DNA of 64,000 bases. Source: Bdellovibrio sp. Lineage in GTDB: Bacteria; Bdellovibrionota; Bdellovibrionia; Bdellovibrionales; Bdellovibrionaceae. A program made the translations under genes and the position numbers. This document shows, one piece after another, positions 41,081 to 50,097 of this stretch. The notes beneath the pieces are model-generated. The model worked only from the letters and a program-made list of their open reading frames with translations. It ran no database searches and had not been told where the DNA came from. Each line of letters starts with the position of its first letter. Positions within the stretch are counted from its first letter, which is position 1. Location of the stretch: the NCBI GenBank assembly GCA_036677065.1, contig JAKFBS010000004.1, forward strand, positions 352,001-416,000, read 5' to 3'.

Positions 41081-41794
41081 TTGGCGTCTAATCATTTTCC
41101 TTTAAAGTCTGAGCTTGAAATCACCCCGGGACGTTTTGTCTCGGCTGATACGGTCATGGAAAAAATCTGGCCGATTCTAACTCCTGAACGCCAACGCAAA
41201 ATTGAAGCTGTCACTTCGAAAAGATGTTTTTCTATTCCAGTGGTTTTAGAAAGTATTTATGATCGTGGTAATATTTCTGCAGTCATGCGTACAGCCGAAG
41301 GCTTAGGTTTTGCTAATTTTCATATTATCGAAACGGCCGAGAAATTTAAAAATTCTCAGCGTGTAACTCAAGGTGCAGATAAGTGGATTGAAGCGAAAAA
41401 ATGGAAGTCTTCTGCTGAAGCTATTAAATATTTTAAAGATAATAAAATCCGTATCTGTGTAACTTCATTAGAGGCGGCTAAACCCCTTCATGAGGTCGAC
41501 TTTTCTACGCCTTTAGCTTTGGTGCTGGGTAATGAAAAAGACGGGGTTTCTAAAGAAATGTTAGAGGCTGCAGATGAACGGGTGATCATCCCGATGCCTG
41601 GCTTTGTCCAAAGTTTTAACATCTCGGTAGCCGGTGCCCTATGCCTGTATCAGATCTTTCAAAGCCGATTACATCGATTAGGCAAGAATGAAGACGTGAC
41701 CCCTGAGCAGATCTCGATTTTAAAGGCAGCTTATGCTTTAAGAACCCTGGATTCGGCCGAAGACATTTTGCGCGCGGACACTGTAAAAAATTAG
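41081..41794 (+). CDS. trmH: TrmH/SpoU-family RNA 2'-O-methyltransferase
   Basis: GNISAVMRT, LGNEKDG, IPMPGFVQSFNISVA. Confidence 0.85.
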   Translation: MASNHFPLKSELEITPGRFVSADTVMEKIWPILTPERQRKIEAVTSKRCFSIPVVLESIYDRGNISAVMRTAEGLGFANFHIIETAEKFKNSQRVTQGADKWIEAKKWKSSAEAIKYFKDNKIRICVTSLEAAKPLHEVDFSTPLALVLGNEKDGVSKEMLEAADERVIIPMPGFVQSFNISVAGALCLYQIFQSRLHRLGKNEDVTPEQISILKAAYALRTLDSAEDILRADTVKN

Positions 41795-41903
41795 CCTTAT
41801 TTTCCAAAACCCTGCCTTGACTCAATTCTAACCCGGTTAAATACGTTTTAATGGTATAACTGCTCCTGTTGATAAAAACCCAACCCTTCAGGAGACGATA
41901 TTT

Positions 41904-42368
41904 ATGAAATATACTTTAGCTTTTTTAATCGCAACAATCGCTGCGACCTCGGTATTTGCCGGTGAAACAGTTTGTTTAAATGCAAAACTAAAATTAAATA
42001 CAGCGCCAGCTTTAAGTTGTGGCGGCGTTAAGCAAATTTGCGTGACTGGCTACGAACAGCACGACGAAGCTCGTGTAGATGAAAGAATGACGGCTAAATC
42101 ATTAGTGTTAACGAATGAAAGCGGTAAATCTTTAGAATTAGGATTTGATGGACAAACGGTAAGTCACGATTCAGATGTCGACACCCATTTAGGTTTGGAT
42201 TTTAGTAACAAAACGATTTCAGCTGCTTTAGAAATTGAAACTGATTATATGGATTACGATTCACGTGCGCCCATTACTGGAACATTCATTTTGATGGATC
42301 TTTATAGAGCTTATAAAGTTAATGGTGATATTAAAGTTCAGCGTTGTGAATACGAACTTTCGAAATAA
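41904..42368 (+). CDS. secreted hypothetical protein
   Basis: GGAG RBS, signal peptide (VFA), 4 Cys. Confidence 0.78.
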   Translation: MKYTLAFLIATIAATSVFAGETVCLNAKLKLNTAPALSCGGVKQICVTGYEQHDEARVDERMTAKSLVLTNESGKSLELGFDGQTVSHDSDVDTHLGLDFSNKTISAALEIETDYMDYDSRAPITGTFILMDLYRAYKVNGDIKVQRCEYELSK

Positions 42369-43949
42369 TTAGTTTTTTCTGACGATGATGCCTTTGAGTA
42401 AATTATCAAAGGCATCAGGAAATTCAAAATCCAAATCTGGTGTCGGTAATTCCTGAAATTTAAACTGACCCTTTGGTAAAACCTTTTCAAATTGTTTTTG
42501 AATGTCATTCAAAGACCACTTTTCAAAATTACACGTAAATAAAATTAAACCCTTACCATTTAAACAAGACCACATTAGCTTTGCTAACGCGGGAAAGTCT
42601 TTATCTAACTTCCAGGTTGTGGTTTTGGTTCTGCCAAATGAAGGTGGGTCACAAATGATGACATCCCACTTGCGATTACGCTTAATCGAGCCTTCTAAGA
42701 ATAATAATGAATCTTGGGCGAAGAATTCGTGTTTTTCAGGATCTAAGTTATTTAATTTAAAATTGTCTTTAGACCAATCTAAAAAAGCACGGCTGGCATC
42801 AACTGTGGTGATGTGTTTTGCCCCGCCAGCTCCGGCAGCGACTGAAAACACCGACGTGTAAGAAAATAAATTAAGAACAGCCTTACCTTTAGAGTTTTTT
42901 AGAATAAATTGGCGGTTATCACGTTGATCTAAAAATAACCCAGGAGAAAAACCTTGATCGCGGCGAAGTTCGCATAAAAGATTGTGCTCTTTCGCGGTCC
43001 ATTTTTCTGGAGCCGTTGAATAGTACAAATCTTTTTGTTCTTTACCGCCGACGCCAGTGCCACGATTAATCATATGGCGAACGACGTAATCTAAATTATG
43101 CTTTTTGCAGAAATCTGCAAGTGTAGATAGATCAAGTTCTGTTGGCGGATCTTTTTTATACCAATACACCCAAATAATTGAGCCGTATAAATCTGCGCGA
43201 ATTTCTTGTTCTTGATTCGTGCGATGATACAGGCGATAGGTTTGATCTTTTTCGATCGTCATCATCGCATTTAAATCAGTATATTCACTGGTGACAAAGT
43301 CGCCTAAGGTATTCACCGGGTTTTCAAAACAATAAGGTAGCGGGGCTGTAAAAGTTTGTACTTTGCCATCGAAAGAAAAAGAAATTTCGGCCGCGTGCAG
43401 AGCTAAACGAAACCAAGGACTTCCGCCATGTTCATGGTCACCTAAAACTGCGATTCCTAATTTTTCTGCATGTAACCTGATTTGGTGTGGTTTGCCGGTG
43501 ATCGGTTCGGCTTTCCATAAATATAATGAATCAGAGATTTTTTTAGAAAGGGTGAATTTAGTTTCAGAGTTATCTTCTTTGGCTGGAATATTAGCGAATT
43601 TTTTATCAACTTTATCGATGTGTGATTTTACGGTGTGGGGCTCGCCCGCGTTTTTTAAAGTTTGATCGGTTAAAAAGAAGTAAGTTTTTTTAACGTCGCG
43701 GGATTCAAACTGTTTGGCTAATTGTGCGGCAGCCGCTTTGTTTTTTGCGAACACGATGAGGCCCGAAGTTTCTTTGTCAAGGCGGTGAACAACCAATAAT
43801 TCTTGTTTAATTTTGCTCGATAATACTTCAACTAACCCCAACTGGTTCTCATTCACTTTGTGAGTGCGAAAGCCTGATCTTTTGTTAAAAACGATATAAT
43901 CAGGCTGATCAGTGTATCGTAGGTTGTAGGGGCTGCCAGACTGTTGCAT
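42369..43949 (-). CDS. RluA-family pseudouridine synthase fused to RlmI/RlmK-like SAM methyltransferase
   Basis: HRLDKETSG, TGKPHQIRLH; then GLFLDQR, VLNLFSYT, DPPSF. Confidence 0.9.
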   Translation of the reverse strand: MQQSGSPYNLRYTDQPDYIVFNKRSGFRTHKVNENQLGLVEVLSSKIKQELLVVHRLDKETSGLIVFAKNKAAAAQLAKQFESRDVKKTYFFLTDQTLKNAGEPHTVKSHIDKVDKKFANIPAKEDNSETKFTLSKKISDSLYLWKAEPITGKPHQIRLHAEKLGIAVLGDHEHGGSPWFRLALHAAEISFSFDGKVQTFTAPLPYCFENPVNTLGDFVTSEYTDLNAMMTIEKDQTYRLYHRTNQEQEIRADLYGSIIWVYWYKKDPPTELDLSTLADFCKKHNLDYVVRHMINRGTGVGGKEQKDLYYSTAPEKWTAKEHNLLCELRRDQGFSPGLFLDQRDNRQFILKNSKGKAVLNLFSYTSVFSVAAGAGGAKHITTVDASRAFLDWSKDNFKLNNLDPEKHEFFAQDSLLFLEGSIKRNRKWDVIICDPPSFGRTKTTTWKLDKDFPALAKLMWSCLNGKGLILFTCNFEKWSLNDIQKQFEKVLPKGQFKFQELPTPDLDFEFPDAFDNLLKGIIVRKN

Positions 43950-44029
43950 AGAGTTACAAGGTAACTGTTTCCTTTTCTTCACGCAAGCAGGTTGATATAT
44001 TTCAGCTACTCAAAAGGAGTATATTTCTT

Positions 44030-44611
44030 ATGAACAAAATCGTTTTATTAGCTATGGCTTTATTTCTTACAGGTTGTGGTATTCAAAGCATTCCACAACA
44101 AAAAAATGAAGTTGATGCTTCATTAGCTGAAATTACAAATCAATATAAACGCCGTGCGGATTTAATTCCAAACTTAGTGAATGTTGTAAAAGGTTACGCA
44201 GGTCATGAAAAAGACACTTTACAAGGTGTTGTTGAAGCGCGCGCAAAAGCGACTTCTGTTAACATTGATCCAAAAAACATGTCAGCTGAAAAATTAGCTG
44301 AGTTTTCAAGAGCTCAAGGCCAATTATCGCAAGCTTTAGGTAAGTTAATGATGATCACTGAAAACTACCCTAATCTAAAAGCCGATCAAAACTTTCGTGA
44401 TCTACAAGCTCAGCTTGAAGGCACTGAAAATCGTATCACTGTAGCGCGCAACCGTTACATTGAACAAATCAAGGGCTTTAATAATTTAGTGACTGTTCCG
44501 CCAACGAACATCACGAACATGATTATTTATCGCTATGAAAAAATGCCTCAATGGGATGTTTCAGAAGCTGAAAAAACAACGAACGAAAAAGCTCCAGAAG
44601 TTAAATTCTAG
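44030..44611 (+). CDS. lemA: LemA family lipoprotein
   Basis: LTGC lipobox, QYKRRADLIPNLV, ENYPNLKA, LEGTENRITVAR. Confidence 0.95.
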   Translation: MNKIVLLAMALFLTGCGIQSIPQQKNEVDASLAEITNQYKRRADLIPNLVNVVKGYAGHEKDTLQGVVEARAKATSVNIDPKNMSAEKLAEFSRAQGQLSQALGKLMMITENYPNLKADQNFRDLQAQLEGTENRITVARNRYIEQIKGFNNLVTVPPTNITNMIIYRYEKMPQWDVSEAEKTTNEKAPEVKF

Positions 44612-44616
44612 TTTTA

Positions 44617-45414
44617 ATGTTTAATAGAACTCTGTTCTTTATCTTAGGATTTCTTTGGCTAAGCGTAAGCTTGGCCTTTGAAGTTCCAGCCTTAACCGGC
44701 CCGGTCGTTGATCAGGCAGGTGCTTTGTCGCGCTCAGAAGCCGATCAAATTGCTGAACGCTTACACGCGATTAAAAATCAGGGCGGCGCACAGATTCAGG
44801 TGTTAATTGTTTCTACGCTTCAAGGTGAAGCGATCGAACAAGCTTCGATTCAGGTTTTTGATAAATGGAAACTGGGCGATGCAAAAAAAGACGATGGCAT
44901 TTTATTCTTAGTTGCACTTAACGATCGCAAACTTCGTATTGAAGTTGGCCAAGGTTTAGAAGGTAATATTCCAGATATTATCGCTAAACGTATTATCAGT
45001 GAAATCACCAGGCCCATTTTTAAATCACGTAATTACTTTGCCGGTATTTATTTAACGACTGAAGCCATTAATCAGGCGGCAACGACTGCAGATGGTCAAA
45101 TCTTTGATGTCTATGGTTTTAAAGAGCAAGTTTTAGCAAACCCAAGTTTATTATCTGCGCGCGAGCGAGATAATTTATCTGATCGCCAAGAACCCGCGAC
45201 AAAAGGCAAAAAACTATCAAGCACTTTGGTGTTTTTAGTTTTAGGGGTGTTGTGGATTATTATTTTTATTTTTAGCCCATCAACAGCCCTGTGGATTTTA
45301 TTTTCGCTATTAAGTGGCGGCCGCGGCGGTGGTGGTGGACGTGGCGGCGGAGGCGGCGGTTGGTCTGGTGGAGGCGGAAGCTCATCAGGTGGCGGCGCTT
45401 CAGGAGATTGGTGA
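44617..45414 (+). CDS. TPM-domain protein (YgcG-like) with Gly-rich tail
   Basis: VVDQAGAL, WKLG, RIEVGQGLEG, GGGASGDW. Confidence 0.92.
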   Translation: MFNRTLFFILGFLWLSVSLAFEVPALTGPVVDQAGALSRSEADQIAERLHAIKNQGGAQIQVLIVSTLQGEAIEQASIQVFDKWKLGDAKKDDGILFLVALNDRKLRIEVGQGLEGNIPDIIAKRIISEITRPIFKSRNYFAGIYLTTEAINQAATTADGQIFDVYGFKEQVLANPSLLSARERDNLSDRQEPATKGKKLSSTLVFLVLGVLWIIIFIFSPSTALWILFSLLSGGRGGGGGRGGGGGGWSGGGGSSSGGGASGDW

Positions 45415-46064
45415 TGTCTAAAATTAAAATCGATGCAGCAAAAATTGAAGCAGCTATCGCAGACTTTGAACAGTCTGTGGATTTTGAATTAGTACCGGTG
45501 ATCGCAAAAAGCTCGACACCAACTCTACACGTACCTTGGGTGATCAGTTCATTATTAATGATTTTTGTCTTCTTTGGTTTTGAAGCCTATTACTTGGCGC
45601 AGTGGCATGATTGGGAAGCTTCGACCATCATTCATTGGCTTGCGACGTTGTTTGCCATTACACTTGGCGTGGGCTTTTTCTTAGCGCGCTTTGACGGGGT
45701 TCGCAGATTATTAACACCAAGTAAATACCGCCATCAGTTTGCGCAGCTTGAAGCCGAGCAAGTCTTTTTAAAGAAACGCCTCTATGAGACCCATGCTCAC
45801 CAAGGTTTACTTTTGTTCATCTCTTTAATGGAGCATCGTATTGTGGTATTACCAGATATTCGATCAGAATTTAGCGGTGCGCAAAAGCTCAGTGAAGAAG
45901 TGCTTAAAATTCTACAAGATGATTTTAAAGCGGGCAGTTATGAACAGGGCCTTTTAGACGCCATCGCGCATCTTAAACTGGTGTTAGCCCCGCAGTTTCC
46001 TAAAAAAGCAGATTCTAACCACGGAAATCAACTTCCGAACAAGTTGATTTGGTGGGATGAATAG
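45414..46064 (+). CDS. TPM-domain membrane protein
   Basis: ELVPVIA, two TM helices, LLFISLMEHRIVVLPD, NQLPN; third gene of the lemA operon; ATG overlaps upstream TGA. Confidence 0.85.
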   Translation: MSKIKIDAAKIEAAIADFEQSVDFELVPVIAKSSTPTLHVPWVISSLLMIFVFFGFEAYYLAQWHDWEASTIIHWLATLFAITLGVGFFLARFDGVRRLLTPSKYRHQFAQLEAEQVFLKKRLYETHAHQGLLLFISLMEHRIVVLPDIRSEFSGAQKLSEEVLKILQDDFKAGSYEQGLLDAIAHLKLVLAPQFPKKADSNHGNQLPNKLIWWDE

Positions 46065-46096
46065 CCTAGTATTTTCTTAACTTAATTATCTACAGT

Positions 46097-46172
46097 GCAG
46101 TCGTAGTTCAATGGATAGAATTCCCGGCTTCGAACCGGTAGGTTGCAGGTTCGAGTCCTGCCGACTGCACCA
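46097..46172 (+). tRNA. tRNA-Arg, anticodon UCG
   Basis: GCAGTCG/CGACTGC acceptor stem, A20, anticodon loop CT-TCG-AA, GGTTCGAGTCC, encoded CCA. Confidence 0.95.
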
Positions 46173-46271
46173 TTTTAATAAATTCAATACTTATATGTAT
46201 ACGAACTATCGCACAAATATGCCAAATAATGACATATATTCTCTTACAATGGTCTGAACAGGAGAAGTACA

Positions 46272-47216
46272 ATGTTTAATTCAACAAACTTTCCAGATCC
46301 CACTATTGTTTCAGTCAATGATGTTGAACTTGAAGTCTTTGAAGCCGGCCAACAAAATGGAGGAAAGCCTATTGTGCTCTGTCATGGTTGGCCAGAGCAT
46401 GCTTTTTCATGGCGATTCCAAATCCCTGCCTTGGTCGCAGCAGGCTACCATGTCATAGTGCCAAACCAGCGAGGTTATGGTAACTCGTCTCGTCCATCAG
46501 AAGTAACAGCTTATGATATCGAACACTTGTCGGGCGATCTCGTCGCACTTCTCGATCACTACGGCTACGAAAAAGCCACTTTTGTGGGTCATGATTGGGG
46601 CGCGATGGTCGTCTGGGGGCTGACGTTATTGCATCCAGAGCGGGTAAATAAAGTAATCAACTTAGCCTTGCCTTATCAAGCGCGTGGAGAAAAGCCTTGG
46701 CTTGAACTCATGGAAGAATTTCTTGGCGGCGACTACTATTTTGTTCACTTCAATCGACAGCCAGGCATCGCGGATGCAATTTTAGAAAAAAATACTTCTC
46801 AGTTTCTTCAGAATTTGTTCCGCAAGAATGTGCCTCACGCACCGCCTGAGCCGGGCATGATGATGATCAATCTCGCTAAGTCAGAAGCACCACTTGGTGA
46901 ACCCATAATGAACGACAGCGTATTGGCTGTTTTCGCATCTGCCTTTAAAGCCTCAGGGTTCACAGCCAGCATAAACTGGTACAGGAACCTCGACCGCAAC
47001 TGGCATTTATTAGCAAATGTAAACCCAATTATCCAACAGCCTACACTCATGATCTATGGCAGCCATGATTTGATCCCAAAGTCTGACAAACTGATCGAGT
47101 TCGTGCCTAATGTGAAAGAAGTCAGTCTGGATTGTGGTCACTGGATTCAGCAAGAAATGCCGGAAGAAACAAACCGAGTAATTTTAAATTGGTTAGAGCA
47201 GCAGGGTGCTACCTAG
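46272..47216 (+). CDS. alpha/beta hydrolase, epoxide hydrolase-like
   Basis: HGWPE, GHDWG (Asp nucleophile), INWYR, CGHWIQQE. Confidence 0.92.
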   Translation: MFNSTNFPDPTIVSVNDVELEVFEAGQQNGGKPIVLCHGWPEHAFSWRFQIPALVAAGYHVIVPNQRGYGNSSRPSEVTAYDIEHLSGDLVALLDHYGYEKATFVGHDWGAMVVWGLTLLHPERVNKVINLALPYQARGEKPWLELMEEFLGGDYYFVHFNRQPGIADAILEKNTSQFLQNLFRKNVPHAPPEPGMMMINLAKSEAPLGEPIMNDSVLAVFASAFKASGFTASINWYRNLDRNWHLLANVNPIIQQPTLMIYGSHDLIPKSDKLIEFVPNVKEVSLDCGHWIQQEMPEETNRVILNWLEQQGAT

Positions 47217-47393
47217 AACTTTTTTGTGCTTAAAATGTTTTACAAACTGTCAAATTAGTTAGCGGTCCTCTCGTTGTGATACTCTTTTTTTTCAAAAATT
47301 CGACTTATCTGAACACCTACATTATTCTTATTAAAACGATAGAGCGCAGGATGTGATCTGTTATTGGCCTATCAAAAAAAAGGAGTTTCGAAA

Positions 47394-48206
47394 ATGGGTA
47401 CGCCAAAGGGTTTTAGTAAATTAACGTATGCGGCCACGCTGTTAGTAGTAACAGCTCTGGCCGGGTGTTCAGTTGGTCCAGAAGAGGGTGAAGGCGAAAG
47501 TACATCGAGCTTGGAAACCGGTTACGGTTATTCTTCGATGGCCGGCGCCTACAAAATTGCTGTTGAAGAGGCAACAGTGCAAGATTTAATTCCGCATAAA
47601 GTTGCGTGTCCTTCTCAAAAAAATGGTAAACACATAGAACAGATTTGTATTCAGATTTGTCATGTGCCTCCGGGAAATCCAGACAATTCGCACGACAAGG
47701 TACTGCCGCTTTCAGCAATTAAAGCTCACTTAGGCCACGGTGATTATTTAGGTTTTTGTGATGCTTCAGCTGGCGAACTTCCAGTAGATGAAGGTTCTGG
47801 TGGTGGTTCAACAGATGATGGTAATACAGGTGGCACGACAGATGACTCTTCTTCAGGTGATCCTTCATCGGGTACGACAACAACAGATGGTGGTTCAACA
47901 GGTGAAGAGACTGTACCAACTGATCCTTCTGCTGAAGAACCTTCTTCTGGAGATGGGCCAACAGGTGATTCGATATCTGGTGGGTCTGGTGATGAATCGG
48001 TTCCTGATTCAGGAAGTTCATCTGGCGGGGATTCGTCTTCAGGTGGTGAAACTTTTCCTGACGAGGGTACCGGTGGCAGTGTAGATGACGGTGCGGGTGA
48101 TACTGCAGATGGCAGTACGGAAGTTCCAAATTTCTGTGTGCCGTATTATGACATCGATCAAAACTGCGATGGATTCAATGACAACACCGGAATGCCGTAT
48201 TTATAA
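47394..48206 (+). CDS. lipoprotein with Cys/His micro-domain, acidic S/G/D/T linker and C-terminal DxNCDG motif
   Basis: LAGC lipobox; ICHVPPGNPDN...AHLGHGDYLGFC; DIDQNCDG. Confidence 0.8.
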   Translation: MGTPKGFSKLTYAATLLVVTALAGCSVGPEEGEGESTSSLETGYGYSSMAGAYKIAVEEATVQDLIPHKVACPSQKNGKHIEQICIQICHVPPGNPDNSHDKVLPLSAIKAHLGHGDYLGFCDASAGELPVDEGSGGGSTDDGNTGGTTDDSSSGDPSSGTTTTDGGSTGEETVPTDPSAEEPSSGDGPTGDSISGGSGDESVPDSGSSSGGDSSSGGETFPDEGTGGSVDDGAGDTADGSTEVPNFCVPYYDIDQNCDGFNDNTGMPYL

Positions 48207-48230
48207 TAATAGATTCTAAAAGATAAATCC

Positions 48231-48266
48231 AAAGCTTCGAGCCTAAATTAGGTTCGAAGCTTTTTG
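48231..48266. terminator. intrinsic terminator between convergent genes
   Basis: AAAGCTTCGAGCCTAA-A-TTAGGTTCGAAGCTTTTT. Confidence 0.8.
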
Positions 48267-48320
48267 GTTTTCAGTGCTAGTTCACAATAGCTTCATCAGC
48301 AAGCTCCAGTGTTTGTATGA

Positions 48321-48914
48321 CTATTCTTCAGAGCAATCTAAGTCAGCTGTCATCGACGAGTTAAGACCTGGATTGTTAGCTGAAGTGTAGGTATAGCTGA
48401 TTTCTGATTTCGCAGTTTTAGCGCTGTCAGCACTTTGTGTGTCGCGAGTGATCACTGTTAGCTCTTGAACTTCTTTTGCGGCACTTGTTTGTTTGAATTT
48501 GTGGGTATACACCACGGTGAATTGGCCAGTTAAATTATTTTCGTCGATAATCTGTTGGCCAGAACTATTGTTAACAACTGTGTTTTGCACTGTTGAATAA
48601 AGAACATCGACGATAGATTTGTTGGCAATGCCGATCACAGAATTTACGCTGTCAAAAATTAAAGATCCTTGCGGGTTACTTTTTAATTGTCCGCTCATAA
48701 GTTCGGTGTGATTAAAAACATTAACCGCTTTCATGTCAGAAAATCTTCTTTTAGCTTCATCGCCTGAAAGTTTTAAAGAGCCTCTAATAACCTGACACTT
48801 GAAGCCAGTTGATGTGCCTTTAATTAAAGTGCCTACTGAACCGATGTCGCCAGGGCCGGCAAAAGCTGATAAGTGAGTGATTAAACCTAGTACTAAAATG
48901 ATTTGTTTTTTCAT
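48321..48914 (-). CDS. secreted hypothetical protein
   Basis: AGGAG RBS, signal peptide (AFA), GPGDIGSVG mature N-terminus, Cys near both ends. Confidence 0.8.
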   Translation of the reverse strand: MKKQIILVLGLITHLSAFAGPGDIGSVGTLIKGTSTGFKCQVIRGSLKLSGDEAKRRFSDMKAVNVFNHTELMSGQLKSNPQGSLIFDSVNSVIGIANKSIVDVLYSTVQNTVVNNSSGQQIIDENNLTGQFTVVYTHKFKQTSAAKEVQELTVITRDTQSADSAKTAKSEISYTYTSANNPGLNSSMTADLDCSEE

Positions 48915-49178
48915 AAATGGGTCTCCTGTTAATGTTGTTTGTTATGCTGGAATAACTCCCTAAACAGGGGACCAAAGCATAACTCATGCACTTGCAAATT
49001 GATTTCCAGATTCATATAGCACACCTCGGTTGTGATTGGTTAGCTGTTATACAGTGGCCCAAAAATGGTGTACTAAAAAAAAGAACGAGCACAAATTTGT
49101 TTCCGCTGCAGTCCAGTTTGTTGTGGCGTAATTTTGTTTACTTTGGCGATGTCGTCATTGGTCTTTTATGATTTTAGC

Positions 49179-50006
49179 ATGCAACAGAAAAGTTTATCGA
49201 TTTTTGATTATATGGATGTTCATCTTTTTTTGAAAGATTATTATGATCTGCAAAAAAAACAAAATAAAAAATTTTCTTATGCAACGTGGGCAGCTGATTT
49301 GGGCTTTACCAATAAAACCATTTTGCGGATGATGCTTCAGAAAAAAAGAACCATTTCTGTTAAAAGTATGGCTGTACTTGTTAAGAGTTTGAATTTTACT
49401 GAATTAGAAATTCGTTATTTTGAAACCTTAGTGCATTCGGCACAGGCTAAAAATTCGACGCAAAAACAAGCTTTTGGTGCTGCCTTGGTTAAGATTCAGC
49501 GAGAAACTTTCACGCAAAAAGTTTTAGAAGTGGATAGTGGTGTGCTATTTGATGTGTATGGGCCGATTATTCTGACAATTATTAATTCTGCAGATAAGGC
49601 TTTAAATATTTCTGAAATTCAAAGTCACTGTGGTTTAGAATTAAATCAGATAGACAAAATTCTTTCACGGTTTGTCAGTTCTAAATTAATAAAAGTCAGT
49701 GCCGATCTGTACTCGGCTCAGCATAGTGCTTTTAAAATTCAAGATCATCACCTGCATCCTAATTTACAGAACTATTATAAATTTTGGCTTGAAAAATCCA
49801 GCACAGCCATTGCGTTGCCGTTTGAAATTCGCCGGTTCAGATCATTACAGATTGCATTGACTGAAGATGAATTTAATCAAATCGTGCAAAAAACAAATGA
49901 GTTTGCCACTATGTTGCTTTCAATGGTTCAGACAAATTCAATTGAAGACCGCAAACTTTATTTGTTGAATACGGCTTTATTTCCAGTCAGAGAAGTCTCA
50001 GCTTAA
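49179..50006 (+). CDS. TIGR02147/DUF4423-like HTH protein
   Basis: IFDYMDVHLFLKDYY...FSYATWAADLG, YFETLV, C-terminal LYLLNTALFP. Confidence 0.8.
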   Translation: MQQKSLSIFDYMDVHLFLKDYYDLQKKQNKKFSYATWAADLGFTNKTILRMMLQKKRTISVKSMAVLVKSLNFTELEIRYFETLVHSAQAKNSTQKQAFGAALVKIQRETFTQKVLEVDSGVLFDVYGPIILTIINSADKALNISEIQSHCGLELNQIDKILSRFVSSKLIKVSADLYSAQHSAFKIQDHHLHPNLQNYYKFWLEKSSTAIALPFEIRRFRSLQIALTEDEFNQIVQKTNEFATMLLSMVQTNSIEDRKLYLLNTALFPVREVSA

Positions 50007-50097
50007 GGTGATCTGTCAGCTATGTCCGAGTTTTGCGATGGTGTAACACCCAATCTGATTCTTGACGGCAAAATAAAGACATGTTTACTATTAAAGC

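Noticed and set aside
45291..45413. Arg/Trp-rich N-terminal extension on the second TPM protein
   Set aside because: Off-frame reading of the upstream Gly-rich tail; the real start is ATG 45414.
47413..48129. Overlapping ORFs in the acidic-linker lipoprotein
   Set aside because: His/Leu- or Val-rich translations are off-frame readings of the Ser/Gly/Asp linker.
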